DNA from: Octopus vulgaris
Taxonomy: Eukaryota
DNA: 64,000 nt
Assembly (NCBI GenBank): GCA_951406725.2
Contig: OX597816.1
Location: 161,634,001 to 161,698,000, forward strand
Direction: 5' to 3'
Shown here: in pieces, positions 53,385-64,000 of the stretch
How the letters are laid out: each line of letters opens with the position of its first letter
How positions within the stretch are numbered: the first letter of the stretch is position 1
Program-made: the position numbers and the translations under genes
Notes under the pieces: generated by a model
Seen by the model: the letters and a program-made list of their open reading frames with translations, nothing else
The model's database searches: none
Told to the model about the DNA's origin: nothing

Positions 53385-55109
53385 GGCCGTTTGCCAGCCT
53401 CCTCTGACCCCTGTGCTGGTGGCACGTAAAAAGCACCCACTACACTGATGGAGTGGTTGGTGTTAGGAAGGACATCCAGCTGTAGAAACACTGCCAGATC
53501 AGACTGGGGCCTGGTGCAGCCTCCTGGCTTCCCAGGCCCTGGTCGAACCGTCCAACCTATGCTAGCATGGAAAACATGTTAAACGATGATGATGATGATG
53601 ATGATGATATATATATATATGTACATCACCATCATCATTCTATATCTGCTTTCCATGCTGGCATGGGTTGATGGTTCTACAGGATCCAGTTTCTGCTCTA
53701 GTGTATCAGTTGTGACTCGGTTTCTATGTCTGGGTACCTTTCTAATACAGAGTGTATTGGGTGCATTTTCTATGGTACCAGCATGTGTTGGATTGCCTTG
53801 TGACTTACAAGGCAGAGCCACCACATATGAAAGAGCAGAAGTTTAAGTAATGATGGAAGGAAAATGAATTATCTAGTGTGCGTAGGTTTTTTTATTTTTT
53901 AATTAGTACCAGAAGGCAAACTTTTAACTCAATTTAAGCAGTGAGCTAAATTACTAAATTGAACTCAATTACTCCATAACATGTAATCTTAACTCTTACT
54001 ATTTTCATTATTTCTTTCATTCTATTTATAACAATAATAAATATATAAATAGCAGCCATATTCTAAAAAATAAAAAAAAATATATTTAAAGACTAATTTC
54101 CCAGTTGTAGTTTGTTGCTTTTCATGTTTTGTTTATAACGTAAAAGCATTTTCATTTTTTTCATTAAAATTTTTTTTTTTTAATTTCATGTTGACAACAG
54201 ATAAGATAAACTGTTTAAACCAAAGATGCTATCTTGAAATTAGTGCATTTTTTAAATGTTAAATAGCTTCTGACATAAATAGTAAATGTATGACTGGAAA
54301 AAATATTTTGCCCGATTCTCAAAGCAATTTTTTTTGTCTTGATAAGGAAGATATACACATAAAGTAGGCCATTAGATGGGAAATACAGATTTTGTTCTTT
54401 TTTAGATTTGATATTGTCGATCTCGTTATATTAAAAAAGTAATTGAGTACAAGCATTAGTGTTAATACTCGTTTTGTATGCTCACATCCTCTACTTATGT
54501 ATTAAATGTGTTCATTTATGTGCCTGTGTGGGTATGTGTGTTTCCTTATTGATCTGATATTATTAGTGTCTGACTAATAAGTAGTTAGCCTCATGGTATT
54601 GACAAAATTTACATGATTGAATCCAATCAATATTTGTTACCCACCCAGCCATCCTTGGTTCTTTGTCCCTGCTCTCTCTCTAACCATCTTGATGGTACTT
54701 TCTGACATCTCATCCCATCCATCTTTTCCTATTTTTCTTGCTGGGTTAGCCATGTATCTCCTTGACAGCAAGACACCTGTTCCTGTCCTTTTTTCCTACT
54801 TTAGCCTCTCTACACCTACTTTCATACTGCATTCCCATTTTGTCTTGGGGGTCTTGACTTGTAAGTTACTGATGGCCTTACTAGTGCTGGTGCCATGGAA
54901 AAAGTGACCGGCATACTTTGTAAAGTGGTTGGCATTCAGCTATAGAAATCATCATCGTTGTTGTTTAATGTCCGCTTTCCATTCTGGCATTGGTTGGACG
55001 GTTTTGACTGAGAGCTGGCAAGCCAGAAAGCTACACCAGGCTCCAATCCGATCGGTCTCGCTTGAATGATGTTTTTTACATGCCAACGGCACAGGAGCCA
55101 GTCATGTGG

Positions 55110-55156
<47 letters not shown>

Positions 55157-55941
55157 TGTATATGTTTATGTATGTGTGTGTATATCTTTGTATGTTATGC
55201 TAATAAAAAAAAATGTTCTCTCCAGAAATCTGTAAAAAGTTGGTATCAGGGCTCAGTTATGGAATTCATATATTTCAAAGCCTGTTGCAAGCATTACATT
55301 GGCCATTTGAGTAAAGCACCTTTCTCTTCTCACTGATCTGCACTGCCTTGCTCTGCACTTTCACTTTTTATACTCCGTCTTTTCTTTTCAACACCCTCAC
55401 TGCTGCTGGATCTCACATCCTTTCATTTCTCAACACCTACACAATGACAACAACAACACCACCACCAACACCAACACCATATCAGTTACATTGCATCCGT
55501 CTGTTCTTGACTGGTGCATGTAACTGATATTCTAATATATTTGGCAACATTTAATTACATGCCTGTTTTCTGTACCTTGATAGCTTCAAAAGTCTTTGTT
55601 GTTTTATTATACATGGTGTTCATTAATTATATTTACAACTTCCATGATATGTTGCAGTGTTTTGTCTACATGTGTTGCATGCAACCAATGGAATTCACAC
55701 GGAAGTGGTCTATATTTATCTCTCATTTGTTTTTCTGAATTTTTCAAATTGTAAAGGTAATATATGGACTCTGAACACCCGCTGTGTGTGTATATTTATA
55801 AGTATTTGTGTGTGTGTGTGTGTGTGTGTATGTATACATATATATCATCATCATCATCATCATCGTTTAACGTCCGTTTTCCGCACTAGCACGGGTTGGA
55901 CGGTTCGACCGGGGTCTGGGGAGCCAGGGGCTGCCCCAGGC

Positions 55942-56014
<73 letters not shown>

Positions 56015-56953
56015 GCACACACATATATAGGCACAGAATTGGCTGTGTGATAAGTAGCTTGCTTACCAATGACATGGTTCTGGGTTCAGTCCCACTTTGT
56101 GGGAACTTGAGCAAGTGTCTTCTACTATAGCCTTATAAGTGGATTTGGTAGACGGAAACTGAAAGAGGCCTGTCATATATGTATGTGTGGGTGTGTTTGT
56201 CCCCCTCCCACCATCACTTGATAACTGAGGTTGGTGTGTTTACATCCCCGTAATTTAGTAGTTTGGCAAAAGAGACAGATAGGATAAGTACTAGGCTTAC
56301 AAAGAATACGTCCTGGGGTCAGTTTGCTCAAGTAAAGGCAGTGCTCCAGCATGGCCACAGTAAAATGACTGAAACTAATAAAAGAATAAAAGAATATGGA
56401 TATATTAGTAGTGTTTTTTGATTCACTATCTGAAGAAGTTCTAATAGAAAATTTCTTACATGTTTATCCAACTTGTACAACTTTGTGATTCCTATTAGCA
56501 AAAGAAACACATGTAATGGTGAATAAATAATACTGAAAACATTTTACAACTTCTTGTTTTATTATATTTATCAGAGTAGCATAGTTTTCAGGAAGCATTG
56601 TCTCATACACACACACACCAAGTAATTGCCAAACAGAATTTGAACTCAGAATGTACAAACATATATATAATGAGCTGTTTTCACTTTCTGTCTACCACAT
56701 TTATCCACAGGGCTTTGGTCAACCTGAGGCTAAAATAGAAGGCACTTGCTCATGGTCTCGTACAGTGGTATTGTACCCAAAACCACACAGTTGGGAAACA
56801 AACTTCTCAACACACAACCCAACCTTGCTTCTCTTTATTACGTATGTAATATAAATATACATCTATTACCATTTCAGGAGGTTTCTTCAACATGTACAGT
56901 TCTAAACTTTCAAGGACATTTATTAACTCTACGACTCATTTCATTGTGACTAA

Positions 56954-57139
<186 letters not shown>

Positions 57140-57203
57140 TAATTTTTCAATCTATTATTATCCAAAGTACCAAAGCAGTAGTTGACGGAATTATTACCGC
57201 ATT

Positions 57204-57850
57204 TAAGGCAGCAAGCTGGCAGAAACGTTAGCATGCCGGGTGAAATGCTTAGCGGTATTTCATCTGTCTTTACGTTCTAAGTTCAAATTCCATCAACTTC
57301 ACTTTTTATCTTTTCGGGGTTGATAAATTAAGTACCAGTTGCATATTGGGGTCGATCTAATCGACTGGCCCTCTCCCCCAAAATTTCAGGCTCTGTGCCT
57401 AGAGTAGAAAAGAATATTGTTGAAAGGTAGCAAGCTAGCAGAAATGTTAGCATGTTGGGCAAAATGCTTGACGCTATTTCGTCTGTCTTTACGTTCTGAG
57501 TTCAAATTCTGGTAGGATTGACCTTGCCTTTCATCCTTTTGGGGTTGATAAATTAAGTACCAGTTACATACTGGGGGTCGCTCTAATTAACTGGCCCCCT
57601 CCCCCAAAATTTCAGGCCTTGTGCCTAGAGTAGAAAAGAATTGTTAGTGCATTGGAAAAAAAGGCATAGTGGCATTTTTTCCTACTGTACATTCTGAATT
57701 CAAATGCTGCTGCTAGGGGTCAACTTTGGCTTACATCTTTTCAGGGTCAATAAAATAAGTACCAGTTGAGCACTGGGGTTGATGTAATCGACTTAACCCC
57801 ATTGCCCCATGAATAGTTGAGCTTGTAGCAAAATTCGAAACCATTATTAT
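57204..57850 (+). mobile_element. Three tandem SINE family B copies
   Basis: Head, core and tail repeated at about 57204, 57423 and 57660. Confidence 0.8.
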
Positions 57851-59550
57851 TCAAAGTGCCAGTCACTCCAGATGAAGTATCAAGGCTTATCTGATCCCTG
57901 TTTTGTAAATTCTTTGTAACTTGTTAATATGAATTACAAGACTGGGCATCTGACAAAATATCTTGCAGGATTTAGTTCTCTCCCATTTCTTGTGTTAAGT
58001 TCAGATTCTAGTTTGGTATTCACCAAGATAAAATACCAAGAACAATCGGAAGTAGATTATTCAATGAACTATCTCCTACTTTGATTTTGTGTGTGTGTGT
58101 GTGTCCAAGATAAGAATTCAATATAAACGATCAAACAGTGTGAGATAAATATGTTGAACTACTGATTGAACCATTAAGACAACTGACTGTTTGGTATAAT
58201 ATTCAATTACTGCATTTAGTTCAACATTGAACTTATTTACTTTTAGCTGTATCTGAGGAAATTGTTTGTGACAAGGTCAGTTGATTTGTTTGTACAGTTC
58301 AGAAGTTTAATGTCTTTAGAAATTAGTTTTGTCTTTTATACAAAAATTCTGACATCAAAAACAGTTTCAGGTTTGTCAAGGTCAAATTATTACACTGCTC
58401 TCTTTCTCAAAGGGCAATGGATAGGGAAATTCATTATTGACCCATAAAAGAACATTAGCTTACTGCTTCTAGCTGACAGGGTTTTATATCTTTGGAAAAA
58501 AGTCAAATGTTCTTTCTACTAAATTAAGGTGGAAACATTTCTATATTTTTATCTAAAGTTTCATTTAACATTGGGATATCTGGAAGTAACACCAGAAAAT
58601 ATGGTGGTTGCTAGAAGCTTCAATTGTTAACCCTTCTATTACTATATTCGACATTTTGATTTTGAAAATAATGAATTTCATAAAAATGACCTTATTATAA
58701 CTGGTGTTTAGAACATAAATTAAATTTTGATGAAAACAAAAGGAACGCAATGTAAATAATGGACAGTCAAGATTATTGAAAAGGTTGCAAGACGCAATGA
58801 AAATTTTAAGAAAATAAAAATAAGAAATGTGGAAATTTTACCGGTGAGTGTGTTAAATTATAAGACACAAAAAGAAAATGACTCTCCCCAGATACAACAG
58901 AATATGCTTCAACACACAAACTCATGTCAAGAATCTTGCAAACCAAATCCAAAAACGAAATAGTTTTAATTTAGATCTCTTTAAAATGAGAAATTTACGT
59001 CATAGAAGTAAGAGTGTTCTTGGGCAGGATGCTATCAGAAGGGTTTAGAGAAACTCAGACTATTGACTATAGGAAGAAAACAGTTTTTATCCCAAAATTA
59101 TTGATCTTGAAGCAGGTTGCAGTCTTTGCTGTGTTATTTCACAAAATTAAGATGTGTGGGGTTCCTTGGTTGGGCCTAGGTAGAACTTCCCACTTTTTGG
59201 GAATTTTATTGTTGAATTTAATTGTTGCTGTTTTTATTGTATACACATATTTTCATGCTAAACCTCACTTGTCTCTTGTTTTATATTGTCCAGTTTTGTT
59301 TTGTGTTTGGTTCTTATGATAAATAAAGAAAAGATTATTATTTTTAAGGCTGGATGAATTGCTTAGCGGTATTTGGCCCATCGCTATGTTCTGAGCTCAA
59401 ATTCTTCCAAGGTCGACTTTGCCTTTCACCCTTTCAGGGTCGATAAAATAAGTACCAGTGGAACACTGGGGTCGATGTGATTGACTTGTTCCCTTCCCCC
59501 AAATGGTTGCCCTTGTGGTAAAATTTGAAACCATTATTATTGTTGTTGTT

Positions 59551-59594
<44 letters not shown>

Positions 59595-59671
59595 CATTAT
59601 TATTATTACTTTATTATTATTATTGCTATTGTTATTAATAATTATTATTAATTATTTAATGTTTTTCCTAG

Positions 59672-59850
59672 GTATGGGAAGCAAAGAGGCCTTTGAGAAA
59701 GTTCAGTCTGGCTACAGGATGCCATGTCCACAGTATTGCCCTGCTGAGATTTACAATGTTGCCCTCACTTGTTGGAACATTAATGCACCAAGGCGACCCT
59801 CGTTTGACTTTCTGAACAGCTTTCTTCATGATTGCCACTCTACTTCCTGA
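59672..59850 (+). CDS. Terminal coding exon: SMGSKEAFEKVQSGYRMPCPQYCPAEIYNVALTCWNINAPRRPSFDFLNSFLHDCHSTS*
   Basis: tcctag acceptor; GYRMPCP, CW and RPSF motifs; TGA at 59848-59850. Confidence 0.95.
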
Positions 59851-60215
59851 CCTGACCCCAATTTTCTCACTTCATCTTCTTCTTCTTTGTCTACTACTAC
59901 TACAACAACAACAACAACAACAATTACTACAACAACTACTACTACTACTACTACCACCTATGCTGTTAATTCTTAAAATCTGGTGACCAATGGACACAGG
60001 AACAGATTATCAACTCACACACAAGTACAAACACACAGCAGAGATATCTACAAACACAATCTTCTTTTCCTTAATCTTGTAGAATTGTCACAGCCAGCCA
60101 GTAAGGCCTAGAATAGATATGAGACTGAGCTAACAAACAGCCTAAGTAAACTTAACAGGAAAAACAGAAAAAAAAAAAACCCCATCGTGGACCAACTTTA
60201 GTAGAGGGTCCTTGA

Positions 60216-60221
60216 AATAAA
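60216..60221 (+). promoter_or_regulatory. Candidate polyadenylation signal AATAAA
   Basis: First AATAAA I saw after the stop codon, about 370 nt downstream; the AT-rich context makes it weak. Confidence 0.25.
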
Positions 60222-60489
60222 TTATACAATTATTTAAGTCAAAGAGTATTGCTTATGTTAATCTTTACCTTACATACCAAAGGAGCTAATTAACACAAAT
60301 ATAGAACTTGTTGGGCAAAACCATTGACATTGTACCTATACAATACACACCACAGAGAGATACACTTTTTTTAATTACTAATCGTATGTATATGTAAATG
60401 TAAAAATTAATGTAAAATTGTTGTGTATATGTTAGTATATGTCTGTGTTGTATGGATGTTGGTGTATGACTATGTGTAGTGTAATGATA

Positions 60490-60526
<37 letters not shown>

Positions 60527-62166
60527 GTATATAGAGAGAGAGAAAAATATATATATATTATTGTTCTGTAATAACATGTTTCTCATTTAAACCACAAAAA
60601 TATGTCATTTGCTCACAATATTGTGTCTGTTGCTTGCTTCCTACCCATCAATCTTTTTTTTTTCCATCATCTTTTGAACTATTTATTACATTTCAGAAAG
60701 GATTACACACTCACACACACACACACACAGGAGAGAAACTGTCATATATTTTTCTAGTGATTTAGTAAAACCTTGTCCTCGTCCCTGCAACTAGAATGTC
60801 TGTAATACTGTTATTGACATCTTACAAAGCAGTATTTTTCTGAAAGGTTGCAGAAGCATTTTGTGTATGAACATACGTACATATATATGAAGTCAAACCA
60901 TGTAATATAAGATATATGTATGTATATATGTTTGTATATATATATATATATGTATATATATACGTATATATGTCTATATATACATACATATATATATGTA
61001 CCTATATATTATATATATATATATGTATGTATGTATATATTGTAGGAGTGGCTGTGTGGTAAGTAGCTTGCTTACCAACCACATCATTCCGGGTTCAGTC
61101 CCACTATGTGGCACCTTGAGCAAGTGTCTTCTACTATAGCCTCGGGCTGACCAAAGCCTTGTGTGTGGATTTATTAGATGGAAACTGAAAGAAGCCTGTC
61201 GTGTATATATATATGTATATGTTTGTGTTTGTACCCCCACCATTGCTTGACAACTGAAGTTGGTGTGTTTACATCCCCATAACTTAATGGTTCGGTAAAA
61301 GAGACTGATAGAATAAGTACTTGGCTTACGAAGAATCAGTCCTGGGGTTCGGTTTGTTCAACTGAAGGCAGAACTCCAGCATGGTCACAGTCAAATGACT
61401 GAAACAAATAAAAGAATATATATATATATATATATATATGGTGACATTTCAAAGCTATTTATTGATGTAACTTGAAATACTAAACGCTGACTGAGGCAAG
61501 TTACATCAAGAAGAAGTTTTGAAATTCCACCATCACCTTACAGATACCCTTGCATGTCAGTGTGCCCCAGGGTGTTCTTTGGTTTGGCAGCAACATTAGG
61601 GTAGTGGACAAAATGCTTCACAGAATGTTTGCTGTAGAATGTTTTCTACCATATTATTATTATTATTATTATTATTTCTTATAGTATTCTGAATATTATT
61701 AGTCAAGTTCATCTCTAATTTACACTGATTCTATTCTCAAGTGTCAAATATATGCTAATTGCAAATTGCCTTGCTATATCTTCTGACTAAAAGCCTACTA
61801 TTACCACTACTACCATCATCGCCACTTCAATCACATCCTTTGCTTAAAATGAGTCCCTGACATTACATATACTACAGGATAAATATGTATTGTATGTCAC
61901 TTCCCTCTCTACTGTAGTTGCACTCGTTCGAAGGAGCTCTTAGCTTTATGAGCTGCTAATAGCAACCTTACTAGTGCTGGCACCAAGAAAACAGCTCCCA
62001 GTACACTCTGCAGAGTAGCTGATGTTAGGAAGGGCATCCAGCCACAGAAACCCATGCCAAAACACGCACTGGAGTTTGATGTTGTCCTCCAACTTGTCCA
62101 CATCACATCAAATTATCCTACCCATGCCTACATGGAAAATTGACATTAAGATATCATATATATATA

Positions 62167-62225
<59 letters not shown>

Positions 62226-63144
62226 ATATATGTGTGTGTGTGTATATATATATATTGACTTCTGGATAGTAGAATTAACAGACTTTTCAACAAATTACCT
62301 GGTGGTATTTTGTTATGTCCTTTCTTGAAATTCTGATTTTATGTCACACCCAGGCTTGTCCTTAAACTTGGATTTTCCCAAGTTTAACAAATAAGAGGGG
62401 AAAGTTGCTGTAATTGACTCTCCCTCACAATGTGATTGCTCAGCATGACCACAGTTTAATAACCGAAAATAATAGAATGTGTGTGTGGGCGGAGAATATA
62501 TTACACTAGCTTACACACACACACTATATTTATATTTATTAAATGTATAAATTTTGTTGTACCCTTCGTAATTACCGTATCATTCTGGTGCATATGTATT
62601 GTCACCCTTGTTCTTTTAATGATGTCAAGTTAGTAATTGTTCGTTTGTTGGTTTGCTGCTTATACTTACATCATGTAGGCATGAGTATTTCATTTGTTTC
62701 ATCAATTAATGTAATGGAATAACCAAATTCATAGATATATATATATATATATACGCACACACATATATATATAGATGTGTGTATATTGCAACACTTTCAT
62801 CTCCACCCTTCCCATCCCTAATTGACGTCCATGTTTGAAAATAAGATTTTCTTCTCTTGTAATAACGAATATGGGTAAATCAATCAAATTCTTCTGTGAT
62901 AATTTTGACTCTAATTTTCTTTAGGAATCTTTTGTCCTCCAGCTTACCCACTGTTCCAAGACCACCCACAATCATTTCTTTATAAAGTTTAGTGAAAGAA
63001 CCGAACCATAGTTATGGCATTACTGAATATCTTTTTATTTTTTTCTGTTTGATTCGATGCCATCTTTTGGTGAGAAGAGAAGTAGGCAATGGCATATCTC
63101 CTTCAGATAGAGGTTATTGAAAAGACCACTCATTATTATTATTA

Positions 63145-64000
63145 GTAAGGTGATAAACTGGCAGATTCGTTAGTGCACTGGATGAAATGCTTAGTGGTGT
63201 TTCGCCTGTTGTTACCTTCTGAGTTCAAATTCCGCCAGGGAACGACTTTGCCTTTCAGGGTCAATAAATTAAATACTAGTTGAACACTATGGTTGATGTA
63301 ATCGACTTCACCCTTTCCCTCGAAATTACTGACCCTGTGCCAAAATTTGAAATTACTATCTTTATTAGTATTAAGAAATTCAGCCCTTGTGTCCAATAAA
63401 AGGAAATATGATTAATATTAAAGGATTGTTAGGGTAGCAGAAAAGGATGCACTGTGGTACTTCTTCTAGCTTTACATTCCAATGTTTGCTGTGGTCAGCT
63501 TGGTCTTTCATCCTTTTGGAGTTGATAAAATAAAGTATCACTTGAACACAGGGATGCTGTAATCCACTAAAACTCCCTCCCTCCAAAATTGCAGGCCTTG
63601 TGCCAAAAATACGAAACCATTATTATTTTTATTATTATTCTTATTATTATTCAAATTCTACTGAGGTCGACTTTGCCTTTCATCCTTTCAGGGTTGATAG
63701 AATAAGTACCAGTTATGCATGGGGGTCAATGTAATCAACTTAATCCCCACCCCCAAGTTGCCCTTGTGTCAAAAATTTGAAACCATTATTATTACTAAAA
63801 TTCTGCTGGGGTCAATTTTGCCTTTCATCCTTTCGGGGTTGATAAAATAAGTACCAGTTAAGCACTGGAGTCGATGTAACTGGCTATCCCCCTCCCTCGA
63901 GTTTTGGACCTTGTACCTACCATAGAAAAGATTATTATTATTAAGGTGGTGGAAGGCAGTGAGCTGACAGAATCGTTAGCACACCGGGTGAAATGTTTAG
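63145..64000 (+). mobile_element. Cluster of SINE family B copies, running off the window end
   Basis: Repeated CTTTGCCTTTCATCC...AAGTACCAG core with (ATT)n tails. Confidence 0.8.

Noticed and set aside
58775-58815. Hammerhead-like TTGAAAA-GTTGC/GCAAT-GAAA in a repeat shared with about 39600-39700
   Set aside because: The core deviates from CUGANGA at two positions and no stem I pairing is evident.

Overview
AT-rich, microsatellite- and SINE-dense animal genomic DNA. The repeat families look like those of an octopus or other coleoid cephalopod; this is recognition, not a database result. The only protein-coding locus I can support is one + strand multi-exon Src-family-type gene, SH2 + linker + tyrosine kinase fold. 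It has 7 GT-AG exons at 23256-59850 that splice into an uninterrupted 384-aa frame. The product looks like a pseudokinase: catalytic HRD is HRN, DFG is GFG, the activation-loop Tyr (Src Y416) is Phe, and the protein stops before the inhibitory tail Tyr (Src Y527). The ATP-site Lys, alphaC Glu, gatekeeper and R-spine are retained. I found no SH3/SH4 exons in the 23 kb upstream. A complete type I hammerhead ribozyme core lies on the minus strand at 10821-10871. The rest is tRNA-derived SINEs, RTE, R4/Dong-like and L1/Tx1-like LINE remnants, TTAA-targeting piggyBac-type MITEs, hAT-type MITEs (often nested), minisatellites and microsatellites. Nearly all ORFs in the supplied track are repeat artefacts. 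Repeat boundaries are approximate; exon boundaries were read base by base.
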